A stretch of 64,000 nt of DNA from Eledone cirrhosa (lineage: Eukaryota), in NCBI GenBank assembly GCA_964016885.1, contig OZ024746.1, forward strand, positions 90,582,001 to 90,646,000. Direction: 5' to 3'. The position numbers were made by a program, and so were the translations under genes. Below, one piece after another: positions 1 to 11,340 of this stretch (position 1 is its first letter; each line of letters begins with the position of its first letter). The notes beneath the pieces were generated by a model that had not been told where the DNA came from, made no database searches, and saw only the letters and a program-made list of their open reading frames with translations.

Positions 1-2467
1 ACTGTCCACCAGACTACAGGACATGAGAGGAATGTAAGGAGCTGGTTACCAGGTCATCTGTGGTGACACAACTGTCCACCAGACTACAGGACATGAGAGG
101 AATGTAAGGAGCTGGTTACCAGGTCATCTGTGGTGCCACAACAGTCCACCAGACTACAGGACATGAGAGGAATGTAAGGAGCTGGTTACCAGGTCATCTG
201 TGGTGACACAACAGTCCACCAGACTACAGGACATGACAGGAATGTAAGGAGCTGGTTACCAGGTCATCTGTGGTGACACAACTGTCCACCAGACTACAGG
301 ACATGAGAGGAATGTAAGGAGCTGGTTACCAGGTCATCTGTGGTGACACAACTGTCCACCAGACTACAGGACATGAGAGGAATGTAAGGAGCTGGTTACC
401 AGGTCATCTGTGGTGCCACAACAGTCCACCAGACTACAGGACATGACAGGAATGTAAGGAGCTGGTTACCAGGTCATCTGTGGTGACACAACTGTCCACC
501 AGACTACAGGACATGAGAGGAATGTAAGGAGCTGGTTACCAGGTCATCTGTGGTGACACAACTGTCCACCAGACTACAGGACATGAGAGGAATGTAAGGA
601 GCTGGTTACCAGGTCATCTGTGGTGCCACAACAGTCCACCAGACTACAGGACATGAGAGGAATGTAAGGAGCTGGTTACCAGGTCATCTGTGGTGACACA
701 ACAGTCCACCAGACTACAGGACATGACAGGAATGTAAGGAGCTGGTTACCAGGTCATCTGTGGTGACACAACTGTCCACCAGACTACAGGACATGAGAGG
801 AATGTAAGGAGCTGGTTACCAGGTCATCTGTGGTGCCACAACAGTCCACCAGACTACAGGACATGAGAGGAATGTAAGGAGCTGGTTACCAGGTCATCTG
901 TGGTGACACAACAGTCCACCAGACTACAGGACATGACAGGAATGTAAGGAGCTGGTTACCAGGTCATCTGTGGTGACACAACTGTCCACCAGACTACAGG
1001 ACATGAGAGGAATGTAAGGAGCTGGTTACCAGGTCATCTGTGGTGCCACAACAGTCCACCAGACTACAGGACATGAGAGGAATGTAAGGAGCTGGTTACC
1101 AGGTCATCTGTGGTGACACAACAGTCCACCAGACTACAGGACATGACAGGAATGTAAGGAGCTGGTTACCAGGTCATCTGTGGTGACACAACTGTCCACC
1201 AGACTACAGGACATGAGAGGAATGTAAGGAGCTGGTTACCAGGTCATCTGTGGTGACACAACTGTCCACCAGACTACAGGACATGAGAGGAATGTAAGGA
1301 GCTGGTTACCAGGTCATCTGTGGTGACACAACTGTCCACCAGACTACAGGACATGAGAGGAATGTAAGGAGCTGGTTACCAGGTCATCTGTGGTGCCACA
1401 ACAGTCCACCAGACTACAGGACATGAGAGGAATGTAAGGAGCTGGTTACCAGGTCATCTGTGGTGACACAACAGTCCACCAGACTACAGGACATGACAGG
1501 AATGTAAGGAGCTGGTTACCAGGTCATCTGTGGTGACACAACTGTCCACCAGACTACAGGACATGAGAGGAATGTAAGGAGCTGGTTACCAGGTCATCTG
1601 TGGTGACACAACTGTCCACCAGACTACAGGACATGAGAGGAATGTAAGGAGCTGGTTACCAGGTCATCTGTGGTGCCACAACAGTCCACCAGACTACAGG
1701 ACATGACAGGAATGTAAGGAGCTGGTTACCAGGTCATCTGTGGTGACACAACTGTCCACCAGACTACAGGACATGAGAGGAATGTAAGGAGCTGGTTACC
1801 AGGTCATCTGTGGTGACACAACTGTCCACCAGACTACAGGACATGAGAGGAATGTAAGGAGCTGGTTACCAGGTCATCTGTGGTGACACAACTGTCCACC
1901 AGACTACAGGACATGAGAGGAATGTAAGGAGCTGGTTACCAGGTCATCTGTGGTGCCACAACAGTCCACCAGACTACAGGACATGAGAGGAATGTAAGGA
2001 GCTGGTTACCAGGTCATCTGTGGTGACACAACAGTCCACCAGACTACAGGACATGACAGGAATGTAAGGAGCTGGTTACCAGGTCATCTGTGGTGACACA
2101 ACTGTCCACCAGACTACAGGACATGAGAGGAATGTAAGGAGCTGGTTACCAGGTCATCTGTGGTGACACAACTGTCCACCAGACTACAGGACATGAGAGG
2201 AATGTAAGGAGCTGGTTACCAGGTCATCTGTGGTGACACAACTGTCCACCAGACTACAGGACATGAGAGGAATGTAAGGAGCTGGTTACCAGGTCATCTG
2301 TGGTGCCACAACTGTCCACCAGACTACAGGACATGAGAGGAATGTAAGGAGCTGGTTACCAGGTCATCTGTGGTGACACAACTGTCCACCAGACTACAGG
2401 ACATGAGAGGAATGTAAGGAGCTGGTTACCAGGTCATCTGTGGTGCCACAACAGTCCACCAGACTAC
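1..2467. repeat. 70-bp tandem satellite, ~35 near-identical units, runs off the left edge
   Basis: Unit ACTGTCCACCAGACTACAGGACATGAGAGGAATGTAAGGAGCTGGTTACCAGGTCATCTGTGGTGACACA recurs every 70 bp; only three positions vary (ACT/ACA, GAGAGG/GACAGG, GTGACA/GTGCCA). Confidence 0.98.
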
Positions 2468-2795
2468 CAGACAGATAAAATGAAATGATATATAACAAAT
2501 ATAATATAGAAATTGCTACAGGACTAGAACTGCTTCATTCTGCCAATCCACACCCCTACATATACTGTAACAATGAAGAACATACAGATAATTCTCACTA
2601 AGCCACTATCATGCCAGTAAGTTGGGTTAAACAACAGCTGAGTGGAAAAGACAGACCTCAAAATCTCCATCATATAATTAGTGAGAATATTTTATAGACC
2701 TGAATAAACATGCATAGATAAGACATTTTATCAAGATCACTGAAAATACTTGATATTTTCCGTTTCATTCTAATTACATCATATATATATATACA

Positions 2796-2848
<53 letters not shown>

Positions 2849-2940
2849 TGTGTGTATGTACGCATGTGTGTGTGCACGCATGTGTGTGTATACTTGCCTG
2901 CATGGAAAATGGATGACAAGCAATGAAGATATTGACACAC

Positions 2941-2991
<51 letters not shown>

Positions 2992-2995
2992 ATAG

Positions 2996-3130
2996 GTAAA
3001 CAGAAATAGCAACACAATCAGTACAACATATGGAAGCGATATATTAGGTTAATGCTTGAAATAACAGGAAGAGGGTCTTAACGTTTCGGATGCTAGTCCT
3101 TCAGAAGAAAGAATGAGAAATAAGAGAGAT
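2996..3130 (-). mobile_element. short interspersed element with a degenerate minimal hammerhead (Penelope-like remnant)
   Basis: Homologous to 8367-8500 and 32770-32890. The minus strand reads TCTT-CTGA(TGA deleted)-AGGA-CTAGCA-TCC-GAAAC-GTT-AAGA. Confidence 0.55.
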
Positions 3131-3146
3131 TGAAGGGACGGACGGG

Positions 3147-3189
<43 letters not shown>

Positions 3190-3279
3190 CATACATATAA
3201 ACATATATATACATGCATCATCATCATCATTTTTAGGTCAGTTTTCCATGCTTGCATAAATATACATATAAAGGCATAT

Positions 3280-3628
3280 GGAGGCACATGGCTTAGTGGT
3301 TAGAGCATTGGCCTTGCAATCGAAAGGTTGTGAGTTCAATTCTCACACCGGGTGATGTGTTGTTTCCTTGAGCAAGACACTTTATTTCACACTGCTCCAG
3401 TTTACTCAGCTGTTGAGATGAGATGATAGGGACTGGGGTCCCTATCATTCCACTGCAAAGTGGTTGTGGAGGTGCCACGGCAAAAAAGCACCCAGCACTC
3501 ACTGTAAATGAGGTTGGTGTTAGGAAGGGCATCCAGCTGTAGAAATCAAGCCAGAATCAGTTCCCGTCCCACCCTTGCAAGCAGGGAAAAGTGGATGTAA
3601 AATGAAATGATGAAAAATGAAATGATGA
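3280..3628 (+). mobile_element. tRNA-derived SINE family A with RTE-type 3' tail
   Basis: A-box-like TGGCTTAGTGG, B-box-like GAGTTCAATTC, central CCTTGAGCAAGACACTT block, (GAT)n-like tail; many copies in the window. Confidence 0.9.
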
Positions 3629-3691
3629 TAAACACACACAGATATATATATATAGATATATATATAATATGCAGATATATACATATATACA

Positions 3692-4187
3692 ATTACAAAA
3701 AAGATAGATGGCATGACAGACCTTGACTATTGGAGTCGATTAGAAAAGTTCAACCTTTATTCTCTCCAACGTCGCCGTGAGCGCCACATTATCTGCATGA
3801 TGTGGAAAATATTCCATCAGCTTTGCCCAAATGATGTTGGCATCACCTTTAATGTACACCCAAAGCTATCCGCCCACAACAAAAATCTCACTCGCATCTC
3901 ATAACAACAATACGACACAATTATTTCACCTCAATTGGCCCCGCTCTCTTTAATATTACACCAAAACACATTAAAACAGAAACAGACCCCATCAAGTTCA
4001 AGAAGTCTTTGGACAAATTCCTTCAAGAAATCCCGGATAAACCTCCTACACCCGATATGCCTCCATAAACAATAACTCTCTATTTGAGTGGGCCATGGTG
4101 TCCAAATCCTGATTTGAAAGACTTCGCCAGGTGATGCTATTAAGTTAGACATGGCCTGGGCCAATACTAGCCGAAACCTATCAAGTT
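3692..4187 (+). mobile_element. 5'-truncated CR1/L2-type LINE, ORF2 C-terminus and 3' end
   Basis: KKIDGMTDLDYWSRLEKFNLYSLQRRRERHII...; after a frameshift NYFTSIGPALFNITPKHIK...FKKSLDKFLQEIPDKP. Matches the CR1-clade ORF2 C-terminal pattern (Y..RL..L.L.SL..RR; FK..LD.FL). Confidence 0.85.
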
Positions 4188-4520
4188 ATACACTTACACA
4201 CACACACATATATATGTATAGAAAGACAGAGAGATATGTACATGTAGGTAGCTAGATAGACAGAGAGAAAGATTTCTATCTCATCCTTATTTTTGACATT
4301 GTATAGTTCATCATTTGAAGTGTACTTATTAAAATAAATACTCTGATAATAGGCTAATGATATTGGATGTTAAGTCAGATATTTCTAACATAGTTCAGTT
4401 TAATTAGTTGTAAGTGCCAGTCAGTTTATGGGCTGATCAGATAAAACCACAGCTAAGTTTCAACTTCACTTATGAGTCACACATGTAAACCAACCCTAAA
4501 TTTTAGTGATAGCCTGCTTA

Positions 4521-4687
4521 GGTTCGGGCGTCATGCTTTGCAGCATAGAGTTACGGCCTTATATGAGCTGAGTTCAAATCCCGCCAAAGTTAACTTTGCC
4601 TTTCATCCTTACAGGGTCAATAAAATAAAGTACCAGTAATACACTTGGGTAATTGCTGGCCTTGTGCCAAAAGTAGAAACAAATATT
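4521..4687 (+). mobile_element. SINE family B, 5'-truncated
   Basis: GAGTTCAAATCC B-box, conserved GCCTTTCATCCTTAC.GGGTC.ATAAAATAAAGTACCAG block, and 3' end CCTTGTGCCAAAAGTAGAAACAA. Confidence 0.9.
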
Positions 4688-4865
4688 TTATGTATGGACC
4701 CCTGTAACTTCTGTGGGAGACATAGGGGCTCCATATTGACACAAGGTATTTCTAGGGCATTTTTGAACGTGGCTAAGCCCATCTCCTCGTCAAGTCTGAA
4801 TACAGCAGATTTCTTCATAGAAGGACAGAGAGTGAGAAAAAGGAAGTGAGAAAGAGGCATAGAGC

Positions 4866-5030
4866 AAGAATCGACCCCAGTATTTGACTGGTACTTTTTT
4901 ATCAACCTTGAATGGACGAAAGGCAAAGTTGACCTCGGCAGGATTTGAACTCAGAGAGCAGAGAGCTGGAAGAAATACTGCAAAGCATTCTATCTGATGT
5001 TCTAATGGCTCTGAAAATTTGCTGCCTTGT
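4866..5030 (-). mobile_element. SINE family B, diverged variant
   Basis: Reverse complement of the same conserved block (GAAAGGCAAAGTTGACCTCGGCAGGATTTGAACTCAG). Confidence 0.8.
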
Positions 5031-5083
5031 TTCCACTATTACTATGGACTAAATGTATACATTTCTATGCATATCACACATGA

Positions 5084-5173
5084 TTTAATTCTAAATGTTC
5101 TCTGATGAATCAGCCTGCATTAGCAGGTCATCCAAGAGAAACTTTGCAGGGCGGTACAATACCCCTTTGGGAC
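5084..5173 (-). CDS. candidate terminal exon of an unknown minus-strand spliced transcript
   Basis: Acceptor ATCTTTATTTGCTTCAG|G at 5173. Frames give VPKGYCTALQSFSWMTC* (stop 5122-5120) or PKGVLYRPAKFLLDDLLMQADSSENI* (stop 5093-5091), followed by ATTAAA at 5089-5084. No homology recognised. Confidence 0.3.
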
Positions 5174-6054
5174 CTGAAGCAAATAAAGATTTTTCCTCAA
5201 AATGGATGCTGCATGGTTGCTGTGGGGCCTTATTAGCTCTTGAGCCCCAGATCAAAGTACTGGCTGGGCTCTCCCCCCTCTCATACTATGCATCACATTA
5301 AAAATTGTAGTCTTTACCCTAATACTGTAAATTTTCACAACGATCTGATCTGACTATAAGAAAAGAAACTATAAACATTTTAATTAACAAACCTATAGTT
5401 TTTAGATATATTCTGCTAAGTCAATACAATATGATAGGAGTTAATATAACTGAAATATGTAGATATCTATTAGGACTATGATAAAAAGTTCTTAATCTTT
5501 AAATCATTGATAATACATGACACAACCATTTTACAAACTAAATTTTTAATAAACTAATTTATTAACTCAGATTATATATAAATATAATCATGTTTATTTT
5601 GAGCTTAATAAATTTTCAGCTCAACTTACTGCTAAATGAAACCAATTAAATAAATAAAATAAAATATTCCTATTTTCCAATTATCCTCTTCAGAGGATCA
5701 GACAGGCCTTACAGAAAATCCAGTCTAAATCTATGTGAAAGACTATTATTTTATTAACAAGGATTACTGGGAGCTGATTTCTAGAATAAACTCAGTAACA
5801 GAGAGACACAAGATGGTATAAAGAATAGACTAGAGATTATACGTATATCTAGGTGACAGCTGTGCTGATTCTAACAAATAGCCAAGCAGGTTTTGCTTAG
5901 TGATATATTTTATAAATCTAGCCTTATGTTATATTTTATCTTCAAATGCTGTGGAAGACAATTTATATATTCATCGAAATTAGTTTATTTCCAAAGGGTG
6001 AAGGGTTCTTTATTTCTTGAATAAATCAGCTTTCATATTCTCAGAGTCCAATAT

Positions 6055-6058
6055 GTGT

Positions 6059-6111
<53 letters not shown>

Positions 6112-6156
6112 TATATATACACACATATATATATATACACACATATATATATATAT

Positions 6157-6237
<81 letters not shown>

Positions 6238-6310
6238 TATATACATATATACATATATAGTGTTTTTATATATATATATATACAGATATAGTGCTTATAT
6301 ATATATATAT

Positions 6311-6366
<56 letters not shown>

Positions 6367-6382
6367 GTATATATATATACAT
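6055..6382. repeat. (TA)n/(CA)n compound microsatellite
   Basis: Seen directly. Confidence 0.97.
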
Positions 6383-6538
6383 AAATTTTGTGTATATGTT
6401 GGTTGTTTACCGACACCTCAGTATGCAGATTGGAGCACTCGATGAAGTACGCAGGTTGGTTTGTTTACTCCGGAGTAATGTAAAATAATTAAGTCAAATA
6501 TGTAAAATTTGGCTTTGTTTATTACAAATTATAGATAT

Positions 6539-6593
6539 ACTGGTATATATATTTCGGTGACAGCAATCATTGGCTGTGACCTCTTCAGGCAGT
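6539..6593 (-). ncRNA. minimal type-I hammerhead ribozyme motif (Penelope-like element type)
   Basis: Minus strand ACUGC-CUGAAGA-GGUCACAGC-CAAUGAUU-GCUGUCACC-GAAA-U-AUAU-A-UA-CCAGU: complete core, 8/9-bp stem II, palindromic loop III, and stem I ACUG/CAGU with one C-C mismatch. Confidence 0.7.
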
Positions 6594-6728
6594 CCGAATC
6601 GGTGTGGGAAGGACAGGTACACATGTTGTTGAAGTGTGTTTTACTCCATCAATCTATCGATATGTCCAGCTCCTGGTAGTGTTGTTATTTCTCTTAGGAA
6701 CTGGAATCATGATTCCAGTTCTCTTATG

Positions 6729-6995
6729 AACCTTGTAGAGTGCTTCTAATCTGTTATAAACTAAATTTGTTGAATAACCAACAAATTAAATAACTCATTG
6801 CTTATATATATATATATATGCTTACACATATATATATATATTTTTTCTTCCCTGTTTTATTGATAGCGCACTGTATATCTCTCTCTAGTGTGTTACCTTT
6901 TCAACATATTGTATTTTAAAGAGCTCAGGATTTCTTCTCCTTTGAGCACATTATTTACAGGGAATGGCGAGAGTCTACGGCTCCATTAATTTATC

Positions 6996-7032
<37 letters not shown>

Positions 7033-7104
7033 CAATGAGTTATTTAATTTGTTGGTTATTCAACAAACTTAGTTTATAACAGATTAGAAGCACTCTACAA
7101 GGTT
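6729..7104. repeat. 75-bp inverted repeat pair (6729-6803 / 7030-7104)
   Basis: AACCTTGTAGAGTGCTTCTAATC...CATTGCTT versus AAGCAATG...GATTAGAAGCACTCTACAAGGTT, with one mismatch seen. Confidence 0.95.
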
Positions 7105-7183
7105 TTTATATATTTGATATATATTTGTCCTTATCGAGCCCTCTTTGGATTTTAGTCTTCAAATTTATTATTATTATCATTAC

Positions 7184-7373
7184 TGGTGGATTGGCAGTAT
7201 CGGTAGAGGGTCGGGCGCCATGCTTTGCAGCAAAGAGTTACCTCCCTTTATGATCTGAGTTCAAATCCCACCGAGGTTAACTTTGCCATTCATCCTTACG
7301 GGGTCGATAAAATAAAGTACCAGTAATGCACTGGGATAATTGCTGGCCTGGTGCCAAAAGTAAAAACAATTAT
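7184..7373 (+). mobile_element. SINE family B, near full length
   Basis: GGTGGATTGGCAGTATCGGTAG head, B-box, conserved block, ATT tail. Confidence 0.92.
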
Positions 7374-7390
7374 TACTATATATATATAGT

Positions 7391-7828
7391 GAAGGCACAT
7401 GGCTTAGTGGTTAGAACATTGGGCTTGCAATCGAAAGATTGTGAGTTCAATTCTCGGATTGGGTGATGAGTTGTTTCCTTGAGTAAGACACTTTATTTCA
7501 CATTGCTCCAGTTTACTCAGCTGTAGAAATGAGATGATAGGACTGGGGTCCTTATCATTCCACTGCAAAGTGCTCGTGGAGGTGCCACAGCAAAAAAGCA
7601 CCCAGCCCACACTGTAAAATGAACGTGTAGGTGCCATGGAAAAAAAGAGCACCCAGCACTCACTGTAAATGGGGTCGGTGTTAGGAAGGGCAGACAGCTG
7701 TAGAAATCAAGCCAGAATCAGTTCCCGTGTGAGCAAGACAAGGTCAGCCAACCAGACACTGCTCACAACAGGACAACCCGTCTAACCCATGTTAGCGTGG
7801 AAGAATGGACGTAAAACGGTGATGATGA
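7391..7828 (+). mobile_element. SINE family A with duplicated internal module and long RTE-type tail
   Basis: Same head as 3280; two GTGCC...AAAAAAGCACCCAG...CACTGTAAA modules; ends GGACGTAAAACGGTGATGATG. Confidence 0.9.
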
Positions 7829-7938
7829 TATATATGTATATATATCTCCTCAGTGTGTCTCAATAGTCACCATTTTGAATAGTAATTGGTGCATCAAAAT
7901 AGACAGTAATTTTTGGGACAGCCTGTATTTTTACTCAC

Positions 7939-7985
7939 TTGAAGTAAACAGACTTGTGTACTGAGGGTGGTACAAACCTCCATCC
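7939..7985 (-). CDS. candidate 47-nt internal exon
   Basis: Acceptor TTGACCCCTATATTCAG|, donor CAA|GTGAGT; open in all three frames. Confidence 0.3.
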
Positions 7986-8446
7986 CTGAATATAGGGGTC
8001 AATGTCTTATTAGACAGTGAGTCAACAAGTGTTGTAGCCCTTCCTACCATAACCCCAGAGCTACACAGGGCCACCCACAGATGTAGGTAATGCCATGCTT
8101 GCATAAGAGCACAATAAGTCAAAAGGATAGATGGGTTATCATTGTCCAAAACCAGACAGATGGAAGCAACTATTCTTGCTTATCCATTCCATATTTTGCA
8201 TGGTTTCTATGACCAGATGACTTTATTAATGTCAGCCACCTTACAGGGTGTGCTGGGTGTGTTTTTCATGACACTAACATATATATACATATATATATTG
8301 ACACTAACACATATATATATAGACACCTAACATATATGTATATGTGTGTGTGTGTGTGCAAAACGTAAACAGAAACAACAAAAGCAAAAAACGCAGTACA
8401 ACAAAGAAATATATTAGTTTAACACTTATATATAGTAGGATGAGAG

Positions 8447-8482
8447 TTTTTACGTTTCGAACACTAGTCCTTCATCAGAAGA
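8447..8482 (-). ncRNA. minimal hammerhead motif within a short repeat element (8367-8500)
   Basis: Minus strand CUGAUGA-A-GGAC-UAGU-GUUC-GAAAC-GUA: intact core with palindromic ACGU at stem III; stem I is weak in this copy. Confidence 0.6.
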
Positions 8483-9404
8483 TAGAATAAGAAATAAAAA
8501 GATACAAAGTAGGAAAAGGCAGGAAAGGAAAAACATTTTTAGAGATTATCCTTTGTCCATTGAAATCCCACAGAGGTCAACTTTACCTTTTACCATTCCT
8601 CAACAAAATATAGTACCCACCATGTAATTGGCTTTTCTTTTTTTCCCAAAATGTTGGCCTTGTGTCGAAATTAGACACCATTATCATCTAGATTCACAGG
8701 ACATGTTTATAGAGTTTTGTGTAGATACCTGATGTAATTCAGACAAGAGTTGATATCTGTTAAAGATTTTATGATATAGTGATAATTACCTTATATACTT
8801 AGACATATGTCACAGCTGTAGATTAGTCACATCACTTCTGCATGTATATTTTACTTTCAGCCATAGAACTGTACAAAGTTGCTTTTGCTTTTCATTAATG
8901 CCTTTTGTGACTTTGTTTCCAGTTGTATTTAAATAGAACCAAACGTTTAGCTAGAATAATTACAATCATGGTACAGTCTAACACATTTCTGGAGATCACA
9001 GATATAATAATAATGTGCTTTTATGGCTGAAATGAACAAATTAATGAGTGCTTTTATATTGCCACTCCTAACTGATTGACTATATATGTAGTATCTAATG
9101 GGTATTAGGATTACAACCTGCCGATACAAAACTACGCATGTATGTTCTGCACACATATAAGTTAATTTCTTGTTTTCCTTTTCTTTTTTTTGCAAGATGT
9201 CATTGACGTGTATTTGTTTACTGATATACATATGGAGTGAATATTAATATGACCAACCACCCTACATAATCAATCATTTGCCTCTGGGTGTGTGAACTTA
9301 ACACTGCTTACAAAATGAGAGTAGAGTAGTTTAACTGTTGGCTCTGCTTGAACAAACATATGATGAAAGGCAATACAGCTGTGACTATCCTATATCAGTA
9401 CAGC

Positions 9405-9590
9405 ATTGGACAACATGCTTTGCAGAGTTACGGCCCTTTACAGTCTGAGTTCAAATCCTGCTATGGTTAGCTTTGCCTTTCATCCTTACAAGGTCAGTAA
9501 AATAAAGTACCAGTAATGCACTGGGTTCCGATTTAATCGACTTTCCCCTCCTTCAAAATTGCTGGCCTTGTACCTAAAGTAGAAATACAT
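9405..9590 (+). mobile_element. SINE family B
   Basis: B-box, conserved block and 3' end. Confidence 0.85.
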
Positions 9591-11120
9591 TATCCAATCT
9601 CCTTTCTCTCAATTCATATTTGATGGAGATTTGACTGCCATTTCAAACAAGTCAAACAGGTATCAGCTGAAGAGAATGAGAGTTCTTGGTCCCAACTTAA
9701 CTTCAAATCTATCTATGTATGTGTAATATATGCTAACATGCAAACATCCTGTATACTCCCACACAAAATCAAAAGAAGAAACTGGCTGAAAAATAAAATC
9801 AATATCACAATAAAGTAGTGTAGCAATGGCAGAACATTAGACATGCCTTATATTATTCAGATATATCCCTTTATATTGTATAGTTAAATCTCACTGGTGT
9901 GAAGTTGCATACCTAACTCAAGAGCATAACACAAAGACTGCATTTTAAGGTGTGAAACCTTGTCATCACTTTACTCTGCTTCTATATGATAGATGTTTGC
10001 TAACATTCTAACACAACACTTTTCAATTTATGTAAAAATAATTATTCATTGAAACTTCTTCTATAACTACAACACATAGAAATTATTTCGCAGCACCAAC
10101 AGTTATATGGAAAATGATATGGAACGTTAGCCAATATCAACTTAAAATGTCATATCCAATAGTAGATTCCACAGCACTGAACATATTTACTTTTTTGTAA
10201 CTGAGAAAGAATTATTGAAAATTTTGCATTATATAAATATTGAATTTTGCTTGATGTACTTTAATATTCCATATGAATTGCTAGAAATTTCAGCAATTCT
10301 GTTTGGCTTGGCTCGTTATATTTATTTTGTGTGCATTTTCCTGCTTTTTAAAAATTCATAAAAGAGAGATTATAGAAATTTATGATTTAATATTTAAAAA
10401 ATGCTCTTAGGCTTGGGGGAATTATTGATCTTTGTCGAATTAAACATAAAAATAAAGTTTATCAGATATAATCAATAGTATAAAAGATAAATGGTAAAAA
10501 CAAGACAGAAAGTATCATAAAAGACTATGATTGTTTATACAATGCTTTATCCCATTTTAAAATATCATCTACAAAGTTAATATCGTTTTTATTAAATAAC
10601 ACGTACAAACGTTTTTGGTTTAATTTATCCTCTCCTCCCCACATCTCAGTCTTTTCAAATGTTTGTGTATGCATGTACACACTGAAAGTAATTCAAAGTT
10701 ATTACTTTATGGTAGTAGTGGAGACCACTACAGCATATCACATGTTAGTTGCTGCTAATACAATTGTAATAAAGCAAACCGGAAACAGAAAAGGAATGTT
10801 GATTACATTAACTCAATATGTGTGGTGTAGTTTCCATTGTAGTCCACATCTATTCCACAGTGTAAGCTCAATTACACACAAATAGGAAAATGGTCTGATT
10901 TATATCATGCCTTGGCAATATCTCAGGAAAATTTCAAGACTAAACAGTAAATAAAGTATGAAGAACTGAACTACTTTGTAGAGAACATTCTAGTAGCTCA
11001 CAGCTTTTATTGTAAATATTAAAAAGACTCTTGACAATGTATATTGTTGGTGCTATCCAAACAACAAAAACTCAGTTTTATAAGGATATTAAAACCAAAA
11101 TTGAACATTTTCTCTACACT

Positions 11121-11340
11121 TTTAGCCCTTTTGTAACCAAAACACCTGGAAACACCCCTGGTTCTACAATTTGCTGGCCGGCTAGAATTCTCTCATCTCA
11201 TTCTGTTCAAACTAGCCATAACTGGTTGCTCATACTGACATTAAGGTATTGTTCTCAAAATAAATAATGTGGCCGGTTTGAACAGAAAGAGGTGAGAGAA
11301 TTCTGGCTGGATACAGCCAGTTTAAATGCTAAAGGGTTAA
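11121..11340. mobile_element. rearranged piggyBac-type MITE pieces, including an inverted pair of family C right-end segments
   Basis: 11175-11267 is an antisense piece and 11270-11340 a sense piece ending TAAATGCTAAAGGG|TTAA. Confidence 0.75.

Noticed and set aside
1-2467. 70-bp array as a CRISPR array, coding repeat or hammerhead satellite
   Set aside because: No unique spacers or cas genes; the unit is not a multiple of 3 and the track shows no ORF; the minus strand has CAGAUGA and a GUC but no GAAA core.
3280-3355. tRNA genes at SINE heads (also 7391, 21770, 47720, 53240)
   Set aside because: A/B-box-like motifs run into SINE bodies and tails; no clean cloverleaf.
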